In this document: piece after piece, positions 14,250 through 30,379 of the stretch
Layout of the letters: each line of letters opens with the position of its first letter
Numbering within the stretch: the stretch's first letter is position 1
NCBI GenBank assembly: GCA_964016885.1
Contig: OZ024742.1
Coordinates: forward strand, 373,178,001-373,242,000
Direction of reading: 5' to 3'
Origin: Eledone cirrhosa
Taxonomy: Eukaryota
DNA length: 64,000 nt
The notes under the pieces: generated by a model
The model's database searches: none
Told to the model about the DNA's origin: nothing
The model's input: only the letters and a program-made list of their open reading frames with translations
Made by a program: the position numbers and the translations under genes

Positions 14250-17200
14250 AACTGTAAATCTCATTCTATATAAACTGTAAATCTCATTCTATATAAACTG
14301 TAAATCTCATTCTAAATATACTGTAAATCTCTTTCTAAATAAACTGTAAATATCATTCTATATAAACTGTAAATCTCATTCTATATAAACAGTAAATCTC
14401 ATTCTATATAAACTGTAAATCTCTTTCTATATAAACTGCAAATCTCATTCTATATAAACTGTAAATCCCATTCTATAAACTGTAAATCTCTTTCTATATA
14501 ACCTGTAAATGTCTTTCTATATAAACTGTAAATCTCATGCTATAAACTGTAAATCTCATTCTATATAAACTGTAAATCTCTTTCTATATAAACTCTGAAT
14601 CTGATTCTATATAAACTGTAAATCTCATTCTCTATAAACTGTGAATCTCATTCTATATAAACTGTATATCTCATTCTATATGAACTGTAAATCTCATTCG
14701 ATAAACTGTAAATCTGTTTTTATACAAACTGTAAATCTCATTCTATATAAACTGTAAATCTCTTTCTATATAAACTGTAAATCTCATTCTATAAACTGTA
14801 AATCTCTTTCTATATAAACTGTAAATCTCATTCTATATAAACTGTAAATCTCATTCTATAAACTGTAAATCTCTTTCTATATAAACTGTAAATCTCATTC
14901 TACATAAACTGTAAATCTCTTTCTATATAAACTGTAAATCTCATTCTATATAAACTGAAAATCTCATTCTATATAAACTGTAAATCTCATTCTATATAAA
15001 CTGTAAATATCTTTCTAAATAAACTGTAAATCTCATTCTATATAGACTGTGAATCTCATTCTATATAAACTGTAAATCTCACTCTATATAAACTGTAAAT
15101 CTCATTCGATAAACTGTAAATCTCTTTTTATATAAACTGTAAATCTCATTCTATATGAACTGGAAATCTCTTTCTATAAACTGTAAATCTCATTCTATAA
15201 ACTGTAAATTTATTTCTATATAAACTGTAAATCTCATTCTATATAAACTGTAAACCTCATTCTATAAACTGTAAATCTCTTTCTATATAAACTGTAAATC
15301 TCTTTCTATATAAACTGTAAATCTCATTCTATATAAACTGTAAATCTCATTCTATATAAACTGTAAATCTCATTCTATATAAACTGTAAATGTCATTCTA
15401 TATAAACTGCAAATCCCATTCTATAAACTGTAAATCTCTTTCTATATAACCTGTAAATCTCTTTCTATATAAACTGTAAATCTCATGCTATAAACTGTAA
15501 ATCTCATTCTATATAAACTGTAAATCTCTTTCTATATAAACTGTAAATCTCATTCTATATAAACTGTAAATCTCATTCTATATAAACTGTGAATCTCATT
15601 CTATATAAACTGTATATCTCATTCTATATAAACTGTAAATCTCATTCGATAAACTGTAAATCTCATTCTATATAAACTGTAAATCCCATTCTATAAACTG
15701 TAAATCTCTTTCTATATATCCTGTAAATCTCATTCTATATAAACTGTAAATCTCATTCTATAAACTGTAAATCTCTTTCTATATACACTGTTAATCTCAT
15801 TCTACATAAACTGTCAATCTCATTCTATATAAACTGTAAATCTAATTCTATATAAACTGTAAATCTCATTCTCTATAAACTGTAAATCTCTTTCTATATA
15901 AACTGTAAATATCATTCTATATAAACTGTAAATCCCATTCTATAAACTGTAAATCTCTTTCTATATAACCTGTAAATCTCTTTCTATACAAACTGTAAAT
16001 CTCATGCTATAAACTGTAAATCTCATTCTATATAAACTGTAAATCTCTTTCTATATAAACTCTGAATCTGATTCTATATAAACTGTAAATCTCATTCTCT
16101 ATAAACTGTGCATCTCATTCTATATAAACTGTATATCTCATTCTATATGAACTGTAAATCTCATTCGATAAACTGTAAATCTGTTTTTATATAAACTGTA
16201 AATCTCATTCTATATAAACTGTAAATCTCTTTCTATATAAACTGTAAATCTCATTCTATAAACTGTAAATCTCTTTCTATATAAACTGTAAATCTCATTC
16301 TATATAAACTGTAAATCTCATTCTATAAACTGTAAATCTCTTTCTATATAAACTGTAAATCTCATTCTACATAAACTGTAAATCTCTTTCTATATAAACT
16401 GTAAATCTCATTCTACATAAACTGTAAATCTCATTCTATATAAACTGTAAATCTCATTCTATATAAACTGTAAATCTCTTTCTAAATAAACTGTAAATCT
16501 CATTCTATATAGACTGTGAATCTCATTCTATATAAACTGTAAATCTCACTCTATATAAACTGTAAATCTCATTCGATAAACTGTAAATCTCTTTTTATAT
16601 AAACTGTAAATCTCATTCTATATAAACTGGAAATCTCTTTCTATAAACTGTAAATCTCATTCTATAAACTGTAAATCTCTTTCTATATAAACTGTAAATA
16701 TCATTCTATATAAACTGTAAATCTCATTCTATAAACTGTAAATCTCTTTCTATATAAACTGTAAATCTCATTCTATATAAACTGTAAATCTCTTTCTATA
16801 TAAACTGTAAATCTCATTCTATATAAACTGTAAATCTCATTCTATATAAACTGTAAATCTCATTCTATATAAACTGTAAATCCCATTCTATATAAACTGT
16901 AAATCCCATTCTATAAACTGTAAATCTCTTTCTATATAACCTGTAAATCTCTTTCTATATAAACTGTAAATCTCATGCTATAAACTGTAAATCTCATTCT
17001 ATATAAACTGTAAATCTCTTTCTATATAAACTGTAAATCTGATTCTATATAAACTGTAAATCTCATTCTATATAAACTGTGAATCTCATTCTATATAAAC
17101 TGTATATCTCATTCTATATCAACTGTAAATCTCATTCGATAAACTGTAAATCTCTTTTTATATAAACTGTAAATCTCATTCTATAAGCTGTAAATCTCTT

Positions 17201-20200
17201 TCTATATAAACTGTAAATCTCATTCTATAAACTGTAAATCTCTTTCTATATAAACTGTAAATCGCATTCTATATAAACTGTAAATCTCTTTCTATATAAA
17301 CTGTAAATCTCATTCTATAAACTGTAAATCTCTTTCTATATGAACTGTAAATCTCATAGTATATAAACTGTAAATCTCATTCTATAAACTGTAAATCTCT
17401 TTCTATATAAACTGTAAATCTCATTCTATAAGCTGTAAATCTCTTTCTATATAAACTGTAAATCTCATTCTACATAAACTGTAAATCTCTTTCTATATAA
17501 ACTGTAAATCTCATTCTATATAAACTGTAAATCTCATTCTATATAAACTGTAAATCTCATTCTATATAAACTGTAAATCTCATTCTATATAAACTGTAAA
17601 TCCTATTCTATAAACTGTAAATCTCATTCTATATAACCTGTAAATCTCTTTCTATATAAACTGTAAATCTCATGCTATAAACTGTAAATCTCATTCTATA
17701 TAAACTGTAAATCTCTTTCTATATAAACTGTAAATCTCATTCTACATAAACTGTAAATCTCTTTCTATATAAACTGTAAATCTCATTCTATATAAACTGT
17801 AAATCTCATTCTATATAAACTGTAAATCTCATTCTAAATATACTGTAAATCTCTTTCTAAATAAACTGTAAGTATCATTCTATATAAACTGTAAATCTCA
17901 TGCTATAAACTGTAAATCTCATTCTATATAAACTGTAAATCTCTTTCTATATAAACTCTGAATCTGATTCTATATAAACTGTAAATCTCATTCTCTATAA
18001 ACTGTGAATCTCATTCTATATAAACTGTATATCTCATTCTATATGAACTGTAAATCTCATTCTATAAGCTGTAAATCTCTTTCTATATAAACTGTAAATC
18101 TCATTCTACATAAACTGTAAATCTCTTTCTATATAAACTGTAAATCTCATTCTATATAAACTGTAAATCTCATTCTATAAACTGTATATCTCATTCTATA
18201 TAAACTGTAAATCTCATTCGATAAACTGTAAATCTCATTCTATATAAACTGGAAATCTCTTTCTATAAACTGTAAATCTCTTTCTATATAAACTGTAAAT
18301 CTCATTCTACATAAACTGTAAATCTCTTTCTATATAAACTGTAAATTTCATTCTATATAAACTGTAAATCTCATTCTATATAAACTGTAAATCTCATTCT
18401 ATATAAACTGTAAATCTCTTTCTAAATAAACTGTAAATCTCATTCTATATAAGCTGTAAATCTCATTCTATATAAACTGTAAATCTCTTTCTATATAAAC
18501 TCTGAATCTGATTCTATATAAACTGTAAATCTCATTCTCTATAAACTGTGAATCTCATTCTATATAAACTGTATATCTCATTCTATATGAACTGTAAATC
18601 TCATTCGATAAACTGTAAATCTGTTTTTATACAAACTGTAAATCTCATTCTATATAAACTGTAAATCTCTTTCTATATAAACTGTAAATCTCATTCTATA
18701 AACTGTAAATCTCTTTCTATATAAACTGTAAATCTCATTCTATATAAACTGTAAATCTCATTCTATAAACTGTAAATCTCTTTCTATATAAACTGTAAAT
18801 CTCATTCTACATAAACTGTAAATCTCTTTCTATATAAACTGTAAATCTCATTCTATATAAACTGAAAATCTCATTCTATATAAACTGTAAATCTCATTCT
18901 ATATAAACTGTAAATATCTTTCTAAATAAACTGTAAATCTCATTCTATATAGACTGTGAATCTCATTCTATATAAACTGTAAATCTCACTCTATATAAAC
19001 TGTAAATCTCATTCGATAAACTGTAAATCTCTTTTTATATAAACTGTAAATCTCATTCTATATGAACTGGAAATCTCTTTCTATAAACTGTAAATCTCAT
19101 TCTATAAACTGTAAATTTATTTCTATATAAACTGTAAATCTCATTCTATATAAACTGTAAACCTCATTCTATAAACTGTAAATCTCTTTCTATATAAACT
19201 GTAAATCTCTTTCTATATAAACTGTAAATCTCATTCTATATAAACTGTAAATCTCATTCTATATAAACTGTAAATCTCATTCTATATAAACTGTAAATGT
19301 CATTCTATATAAACTGCAAATCCCATTCTATAAACTGTAAATCTCTTTCTATATAACCTGTAAATCTCTTTCTATATAAACTGTAAATCTCATGCTATAA
19401 ACTGTAAATCTCATTCTATATAAACTGTAAATCTCTTTCTATATAAACTGTAAATCTCATTCTATATAAACTGTAAATCTCATTCTATATAAACTGTGAA
19501 TCTCATTCTATATAAACTGTATATCTCATTCTATATAAACTGTAAATCTCATTCGATAAACTGTAAATCTCATTCTATATAAACTGTAAATCCCATTCTA
19601 TAAACTGTAAATCTCTTTCTATATATCCTGTAAATCTCATTCTATATAAACTGTAAATCTCATTCTATAAACTGTAAATCTCTTTCTATATACACTGTTA
19701 ATCTCATTCTACATAAACTGTCAATCTCATTCTATATAAACTGTAAATCTAATTCTATATAAACTGTAAATCTCATTCTCTATAAACTGTAAATCTCTTT
19801 CTATATAAACTGTAAATATCATTCTATATAAACTGTAAATCCCATTCTATAAACTGTAAATCTCTTTCTATATAACCTGTAAATCTCTTTCTATACAAAC
19901 TGTAAATCTCATGCTATAAACTGTAAATCTCATTCTATATAAACTGTAAATCTCTTTCTATATAAACTCTGAATCTGATTCTATATAAACTGTAAATCTC
20001 ATTCTCTATAAACTGTGCATCTCATTCTATATAAACTGTATATCTCATTCTATATGAACTGTAAATCTCATTCGATAAACTGTAAATCTGTTTTTATATA
20101 AACTGTAAATCTCATTCTATATAAACTGTAAATCTCTTTCTATATAAACTGTAAATCTCATTCTATAAACTGTAAATCTCTTTCTATATAAACTGTAAAT

Positions 20201-23200
20201 CTCATTCTATATAAACTGTAAATCTCATTCTATAAACTGTAAATCTCTTTCTATATAAACTGTAAATCTCATTCTACATAAACTGTAAATCTCTTTCTAT
20301 ATAAACTGTAAATCTCATTCTACATAAACTGTAAATCTCATTCTATATAAACTGTAAATCTCATTCTATATAAACTGTAAATCTCTTTCTAAATAAACTG
20401 TAAATCTCATTCTATATAGACTGTGAATCTCATTCTATATAAACTGTAAATCTCACTCTATATAAACTGTAAATCTCATTCGATAAACTGTAAATCTCTT
20501 TTTATATAAACTGTAAATCTCATTCTATATAAACTGGAAATCTCTTTCTATAAACTGTAAATCTCATTCTATAAACTGTAAATCTCTTTCTATATAAACT
20601 GTAAATATCATTCTATATAAACTGTAAATCTCATTCTATAAACTGTAAATCTCTTTCTATATAAACTGTAAATCTCATTCTATATAAACTGTAAATCTCT
20701 TTCTATATAAACTGTAAATCTCATTCTATATAAACTGTAAATCTCATTCTATATAAACTGTAAATCTCATTCTATATAAACTGTAAATCCCATTCTATAT
20801 AAACTGTAAATCCCATTCTATAAACTGTAAATCTCTTTCTATATAACCTGTAAATCTCTTTCTATATAAACTGTAAATCTCATGCTATAAACTGTAAATC
20901 TCATTCTATATAAACTGTAAATCTCTTTCTATATAAACTGTAAATCTGATTCTATATAAACTGTAAATCTCATTCTATATAAACTGTGAATCTCATTCTA
21001 TATAAACTGTATATCTCATTCTATATCAACTGTAAATCTCATTCGATAAACTGTAAATCTCTTTTTATATAAACTGTAAATCTCATTCTATAAGCTGTAA
21101 ATCTCTTTCTATATAAACTGTAAATCTCATTCTATAAACTGTAAATCTCTTTCTATATAAACTGTAAATCGCATTCTATATAAACTGTAAATCTCATTCT
21201 ATATAAACTGTAAATCTCATTCTATATAAACTGTAAATCTCATTCTAAATATACTGTAAATCTCTTTCTAAATAAACTGTAAATATCATTCTATATAAAC
21301 TGTAAATCTCATTCTATATAAACAGTAAATCTCATTCTATATAAACTGTAAATCTCTTTCTATATAAACTGCAAATCTCATTCTATATAAACTGTAAATC
21401 CCATTCTATAAACTGTAAATCTCTTTCTATATAACCTGTAAATGTCTTTCTATATAAACTGTAAATCTCATGCTATAAACTGTAAATCTCATTCTATATA
21501 AACTGTAAATCTCTTTCTATATAAACTCTGAATCTGATTCTATATAAACTGTAAATCTCATTCTCTATAAACTGTGAATCTCATTCTATATAAACTGTAT
21601 ATCTCATTCTATATGAACTGTAAATCTCATTCGATAAACTGTAAATCTGTTTTTATACAAACTGTAAATCTCATTCTATATAAACTGTAAATCTCTTTCT
21701 ATATAAACTGTAAATCTCATTCTATAAACTGTAAATCTCTTTCTATATAAACTGTAAATCTCATTCTATATAAACTGTAAATCTCATTCTATAAACTGTA
21801 AATCTCTTTCTATATAAACTGTAAATCTCATTCTACATAAACTGTAAATCTCTTTCTATATAAACTGTAAATCTCATTCTATATAAACTGAAAATCTCAT
21901 TCTATATAAACTGTAAATCTCATTCTATATAAACTGTAAATATCTTTCTAAATAAACTGTAAATCTCATTCTATATAGACTGTGAATCTCATTCTATATA
22001 AACTGTAAATCTCACTCTATATAAACTGTAAATCTCATTCGATAAACTGTAAATCTCTTTTTATATAAACTGTAAATCTCATTCTATATGAACTGGAAAT
22101 CTCTTTCTATAAACTGTAAATCTCATTATATAAACTGTAAATTTATTTCTATATAAACTGTAAATCTCATTCTATATAAACTGTAAACCTCATTCTATAA
22201 ACTGTAAATCTCTTTCTATATAAACTGTAAATCTCTTTCTATATAAACTGTAAATCTCATTCTATATAAACTGTAAATCTCATTCTATATAAACTGTAAA
22301 TCTCATTCTATATAAACTGTAAATGTCATTCTATATAAACTGCAAATCCCATTCTATAAACTGTAAATCTCTTTCTATATAACCTGTAAATCTCTTTCTA
22401 TATAAACTGTAAATCTCATGCTATAAACTGTAAATCTCATTCTATATAAACTGTAAATCTCTTTCTATATAAACTGTAAATCTCATTCTATATAAACTGT
22501 AAATCTCATTCTATATAAACTGTGAATCTCATTCTATATAAACTGTATATCTCATTCTATATAAACTGTAAATCTCATTCGATAAACTGTAAATCTCATT
22601 CTATATAAACTGTAAATCCCATTCTATAAACTGTAAATCTCTTTCTATATATCCTGTAAATCTCATTCTATATAAACTGTAAATCTCATTCTATAAACTG
22701 TAAATCTCTTTCTATATACACTGTTAATCTCATTCTACATAAACTGTCAATCTCATTCTATATAAACTGTAAATCTAATTCTATATAAACTGTAAATCTC
22801 ATTCTCTATAAACTGTAAATCTCTTTCTATATAAACTGTAAATATCATTCTATATAAACTGTAAATCCCATTCTATAAACTGTAAATCTCTTTCTATATA
22901 ACCTGTAAATCTCTTTCTATACAAACTGTAAATCTCATGCTATAAACTGTAAATCTCATTCTATATAAACTGTAAATCTCTTTCTATATAAACTCTGAAT
23001 CTGATTCTATATAAACTGTAAATCTCATTCTCTATAAACTGTGCATCTCATTCTATATAAACTGTATATCTCATTCTATATGAACTGTAAATCTCATTCG
23101 ATAAACTGTAAATCTGTTTTTATATAAACTGTAAATCTCATTCTATATAAACTGTAAATCTCTTTCTATATAAACTGTAAATCTCATTCTATAAACTGTA

Positions 23201-26200
23201 AATCTCTTTCTATATAAACTGTAAATCTCATTCTATATAAACTGTAAATCTCATTCTATAAACTGTAAATCTCTTTCTATATAAACTGTAAATCTCATTC
23301 TACATAAACTGTAAATCTCTTTCTATATAAACTGTAAATCTCATTCTACATAAACTGTAAATCTCATTCTATATAAACTGTAAATCTCATTCTATATAAA
23401 CTGTAAATCTCTTTCTAAATAAACTGTAAATCTCATTCTATATAGACTGTGAATCTCATTCTATATAAACTGTAAATCTCACTCTATATAAACTGTAAAT
23501 CTCATTCGATAAACTGTAAATCTCTTTTTATATAAACTGTAAATCTCATTCTATATAAACTGGAAATCTCTTTCTATAAACTGTAAATCTCATTCTATAA
23601 ACTGTAAATCTCTTTCTATATAAACTGTAAATATCATTCTATATAAACTGTAAATCTCATTCTATAAACTGTAAATCTCTTTCTATATAAACTGTAAATC
23701 TCATTCTATATAAACTGTAAATCTCTTTCTATATAAACTGTAAATCTCATTCTATATAAACTGTAAATCTCATTCTATATAAACTGTAAATCTCATTCTA
23801 TATAAACTGTAAATCCCATTCTATATAAACTGTAAATCCCATTCTATAAACTGTAAATCTCTTTCTATATAACCTGTAAATCTCTTTCTATATAAACTGT
23901 AAATCTCATGCTATAAACTGTAAATCTCATTCTATATAAACTGTAAATCTCTTTCTATATAAACTGTAAATCTCATTCTATATAAACTGTAAATCTCATT
24001 CTATATAAACTGTGAATCTCATTCTATATAAACTGTATATCTCATTCTATATCAACTGTAAATCTCATTCGATAAACTGTAAATCTCTTTTTATATAAAC
24101 TGTAAATCTCATTCTATAAGCTGTAAATCTCTTTCTATATAAACTGTAAATCTCATTCTATAAACTGTAAATCTCTTTCTATATAAACTGTAAATCGCAT
24201 TCTATATAAACTGTAAATCTCTTTCTATATAAACTGTAAATCTCATTCTATAAACTGTAAATCTCTTTCTATATGAACTGTAAATCTCATAGTATATAAA
24301 CTGTAAATCTCATTCTATAAACTGTAAATCTCTTTCTATATAAACTGTAAATCTCATTCTATAAGCTGTAAATCTCTTTCTATATAAACTGTAAATCTCA
24401 TTCTACATAAACTGTAAATCTCTTTCTATATAAACTGTAAATCTCATTCTATATAAACTGTAAATCTCATTCTATATAAACTGTAAATCTCATTCTATAT
24501 AAACTGTAAATCTCATTCTATATAAACTGTAAATCCTATTCTATAAACTGTAAATCTCATTCTATATAACCTGTAAATCTCTTTCTATATAAACTGTAAA
24601 TCTCATGCTATAAACTGTAAATCTCATTCTATATAAACTGTAAATCTCTTTCTATATAAACTGTAAATCTCATTCTACATAAACTGTAAATCTCTTTCTA
24701 TATAAACTGTAAATCTCATTCTATATAAACTGTAAATCTCATTCTATATAAACTGTAAATCTCATTCTAAATATACTGTAAATCTCTTTCTAAATAAACT
24801 GTAAGTATCATTCTATATAAACTGTAAATCTCATGCTATAAACTGTAAATCTCATTCTATATAAACTGTAAATCTCTTTCTATATAAACTCTGAATCTGA
24901 TTCTATATAAACTGTAAATCTCATTCTCTATAAACTGTGAATCTCATTCTATATAAACTGTATATCTCATTCTATATGAACTGTAAATCTCATTCTATAA
25001 GCTGTAAATCTCTTTCTATATAAACTGTAAATCTCATTCTACATAAACTGTAAATCTCTTTCTATATAAACTGTAAATCTCATTCTATATAAACTGTAAA
25101 TCTCATTCTATAAACTGTATATCTCATTCTATATAAACTGTAAATCTCATTCGATAAACTGTAAATCTCATTCTATATAAACTGGAAATCTCTTTCTATA
25201 AACTGTAAATCTCTTTCTATATAAACTGTAAATCTCATTCTACATAAACTGTAAATCTCTTTCTATATAAACTGTAAATTTCATTCTATATAAACTGTAA
25301 ATCTCATTCTATATAAACTGTAAATCTCATTCTATATAAACTGTAAATCTCTTTCTAAATAAACTGTAAATCTCATTCTATATAAGCTGTAAATCTCATT
25401 CTATATAAACTGTAAATCTCTTTCTATATAAACTCTGAATCTGATTCTATATAAACTGTAAATCTCATTCTCTATAAACTGTGAATCTCATTCTATATAA
25501 ACTGTATATCTCATTCTATATGAACTGTAAATCTCATTCGATAAACTGTAAATCTGTTTTTATACAAACTGTAAATCTCATTCTATATAAACTGTAAATC
25601 TCTTTCTATATAAACTGTAAATCTCATTCTATAAACTGTAAATCTCTTTCTATATAAACTGTAAATCTCATTCTATATAAACTGTAAATCTCATTCTATA
25701 AACTGTAAATCTCTTTCTATATAAACTGTAAATCTCATTCTACATAAACTGTAAATCTCTTTCTATATAAACTGTAAATCTCATTCTATATAAACTGAAA
25801 ATCTCATTCTATATAAACTGTAAATCTCATTCTATATAAACTGTAAATATCTTTCTAAATAAACTGTAAATCTCATTCTATATAGACTGTGAATCTCATT
25901 CTATATAAACTGTAAATCTCACTCTATATAAACTGTAAATCTCATTCGATAAACTGTAAATCTCTTTTTATATAAACTGTAAATCTCATTCTATATGAAC
26001 TGGAAATCTCTTTCTATAAACTGTAAATCTCATTCTATAAACTGTAAATTTATTTCTATATAAACTGTAAATCTCATTCTATATAAACTGTAAACCTCAT
26101 TCTATAAACTGTAAATCTCTTTCTATATAAACTGTAAATCTCTTTCTATATAAACTGTAAATCTCATTCTATATAAACTGTAAATCTCATTCTATATAAA

Positions 26201-28115
26201 CTGTAAATCTCATTCTATATAAACTGTAAATGTCATTCTATATAAACTGCAAATCCCATTCTATAAACTGTAAATCTCTTTCTATATAACCTGTAAATCT
26301 CTTTCTATATAAACTGTAAATCTCATGCTATAAACTGTAAATCTCATTCTATATAAACTGTAAATCTCTTTCTATATAAACTGTAAATCTCATTCTATAT
26401 AAACTGTAAATCTCATTCTATATAAACTGTGAATCTCATTCTATATAAACTGTATATCTCATTCTATATAAACTGTAAATCTCATTCGATAAACTGTAAA
26501 TCTCATTCTATATAAACTGTAAATCCCATTCTATAAACTGTAAATCTCTTTCTATATATCCTGTAAATCTCATTCTATATAAACTGTAAATCTCATTCTA
26601 TAAACTGTAAATCTCTTTCTATATACACTGTTAATCTCATTCTACATAAACTGTCAATCTCATTCTATATAAACTGTAAATCTAATTCTATATAAACTGT
26701 AAATCTCATTCTCTATAAACTGTAAATCTCTTTCTATATAAACTGTAAATATCATTCTATATAAACTGTAAATCCCATTCTATAAACTGTAAATCTCTTT
26801 CTATATAACCTGTAAATCTCTTTCTATACAAACTGTAAATCTCATGCTATAAACTGTAAATCTCATTCTATATAAACTGTAAATCTCTTTCTATATAAAC
26901 TCTGAATCTGATTCTATATAAACTGTAAATCTCATTCTCTATAAACTGTGCATCTCATTCTATATAAACTGTATATCTCATTCTATATGAACTGTAAATC
27001 TCATTCGATAAACTGTAAATCTGTTTTTATATAAACTGTAAATCTCATTCTATATAAACTGTAAATCTCTTTCTATATAAACTGTAAATCTCATTCTATA
27101 AACTGTAAATCTCTTTCTATATAAACTGTAAATCTCATTCTATATAAACTGTAAATCTCATTCTATAAACTGTAAATCTCTTTCTATATAAACTGTAAAT
27201 CTCATTCTACATAAACTGTAAATCTCTTTCTATATAAACTGTAAATCTCATTCTACATAAACTGTAAATCTCATTCTATATAAACTGTAAATCTCATTCT
27301 ATATAAACTGTAAATCTCTTTCTAAATAAACTGTAAATCTCATTCTATATAGACTGTGAATCTCATTCTATATAAACTGTAAATCTCACTCTATATAAAC
27401 TGTAAATCTCATTCGATAAACTGTAAATCTCTTTTTATATAAACTGTAAATCTCATTCTATATAAACTGGAAATCTCTTTCTATAAACTGTAAATCTCAT
27501 TCTATAAACTGTAAATCTCTTTCTATATAAACTGTAAATATCATTCTATATAAACTGTAAATCTCATTCTATAAACTGTAAATCTCTTTCTATATAAACT
27601 GTAAATCTCATTCTATATAAACTGTAAATCTCTTTCTATATAAACTGTAAATCTCATTCTATATAAACTGTAAATCTCATTCTATATAAACTGTAAATCT
27701 CATTCTATATAAACTGTAAATCCCATTCTATATAAACTGTAAATCCCATTCTATAAACTGTAAATCTCTTTCTATATAACCTGTAAATCTCTTTCTATAT
27801 AAACTGTAAATCTCATGCTATAAACTGTAAATCTCATTCTATATAAACTGTAAATCTCTTTCTATATAAACTGTAAATCTGATTCTATATAAACTGTAAA
27901 TCTCATTCTATATAAACTGTGAATCTCATTCTATATAAACTGTATATCTCATTCTATATCAACTGTAAATCTCATTCGATAAACTGTAAATCTCTTTTTA
28001 TATAAACTGTAAATCTCATTCTATAAGCTGTAAATCTCTTTCTATATAAACTGTAAATCTCATTCTATAAACTGTAAATCTCTTTCTATATAAACTGTAA
28101 ATCGCATTCTATATA
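14250..28115. repeat. Tandem duplication with a 6,933-bp period, itself containing a 3,907-bp duplication
   Basis: Offset 6,933: AAATGTCTTT 14,511/21,444; TCCTATT 17,601/24,534; GTAAGTATC 17,872/24,805. CTGAAAATC at 14,955, 18,862, 21,888, 25,795 gives offsets of 3,907 and 6,933. Confidence 0.85.
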
Positions 28116-30379
28116 AACTGTAAATCTCTTTCTATATAAACTGTAAATCTCATTCTATAAACTGTAAATCTCTTTCTATATGAACTGTAAATCTCATAGT
28201 ATATAAACTGTAAATCTCATTCTATAAACTGTAAATCTCTTTCTATATAAACTGTAAATCTCATTCTATAAGCTGTAAATCTCTTTCTATATAAACTGTA
28301 AATCTCATTCTACATAAACTGTAAATCTCTTTCTATATAAACTGTAAATCTCATTCTATATAAACTGTAAATCTCATTCTATATAAACTGTAAATCTCAT
28401 TCTATATAAACTGTAAATCTCATTCTATATAAACTGTAAATCCCATTCTATAAACTGTAAATCTCATTCTATATAACCTGTAAATCTCTTTCTATATAAA
28501 CTGTAAATCTCATGCTATAAACTGTAAATCTCATTCTATATAAACTGTAAATCTCTTTCTATATAAACTGTAAATCTCATTCTACATAAACTGTAAATCT
28601 CTTTCTATATAAACTGTAAATCTCATTCTATATAAACTGTAAATCTCATTCTAAATATACTGTAAATCTCTTTCTAAATAAACTGTAAGTATCATTCTAT
28701 ATAAACTGTAAATCTCATGCTATAAACTGTAAATCTCATTCTATATAAACTGTAAATCTCTTTCTATATAAACTCTGAATCTGATTCTATATAAACTGTA
28801 AATCTCATTCTCTATAAACTGTGAATCTCATTCTATATAAACTGTATATCTCATTCTATATGAACTGTAAATCTCATTCTATAAGCTGTAAATCTCTTTC
28901 TATATAAACTGTAAATCTCATTCTACATAAACTGTAAATCTCTTTCTATATAAACTGTAAATCTCATTCTATATAAACTGTAAATCTCATTCTATAAACT
29001 GTATATCTCATTCTATATAAACTGTAAATCTCATTCGATAAACTGTAAATCTCATTCTATATAAACTGGAAATCTCTTTCTATAAACTGTAAATCTCTTT
29101 CTATATAAACTGTAAATCTCTTTCTAAATAAACTGTAAATCTCATTCTATATAAGCTGTAAATCTCATTCTATATAAACTGTAAATCTCATTCTATATAA
29201 ACTGTAAATCTCTTTCTATATAAACTGTAAATCTCATTCTATATAAACTGTAAATCTCATTCTATAAACTGTAAATCTCTTTCTATATAAACTGTAAATC
29301 TCATTCTCTATAAACTGTAAATCTCTTTCTATATAAACTGTAAATCTGATTCTATATAAAATGTAAATCTCATTCTATATAAACTGTGAATCTCATTCTA
29401 TATAAACTGTATATCTCATTCTATATCAACTGTAAATCTCATTCGATAAACTGTAAATCTCTTTTTATATAAACTGTAAATCTCATTCTATAAGCTGTAA
29501 ATCTCTTTCTATATAAACTGTAAATCTCATTCTATAAACTGTAAATCTCTTTCTATATAAACTGTAAATCGCATTCTATATAAACTGTAAATCTCTTTCT
29601 ATATAAACTGTAAATCTCATTCTATAAACTGTAAATCTCTTTCTATATGAACTGTAAATCTCATAGTATATAAACTGTAAATCTCATTCTATAAACTGTA
29701 AATCTCTTTCTATATAAACTGTAAATCTCATTCTACATAAGCTGTAAATCTCTTTCTATATAAACTGTAAATCTCATTCTATATAAACTGTAAATCTCAT
29801 TCTATATAAACTGTAAATCTCATTCTATATAAACTGTAAATCTCATTCTATATAAACTGTAAATCCCATTCCATAAACTGTAAATCTCATTCTATATAAC
29901 CTGTAAATCTCTTTCTATATAAACTGTAAATCTCATGCTATAAACTGTAAATCTCATTCTATATAAACTGTAAATCTCTTTCTATATAAACTGTAAATCT
30001 CATTCTACATAAACTGTAAATCTCTTTCTATATAAACTGTAAATCTCATTCTATATAAACTGTAAATCTCATTCTATATAAACTGTAAATCTCATTCTAA
30101 ATATACTGTAAATCTCTTTCTAAATAAACTGTAAATATCATTCTATATAAACTGTAAATCTCATGCTATAAACTGTAAATCTCATTCTATATAAACTGTA
30201 AATCTCTTTCTATATAAACTCTGAATCTGATTCTATATAAACTGTAAATCTCATTCTCTATAAACTGTGAATCTCATTCTATATAAACTGTATATCTCAT
30301 TCTATATGAACTGTAAATCTCATTCTATAAGCTGTAAATCTCTTTCTATATAAACTGTAAATCTCATTCTACATAAACT

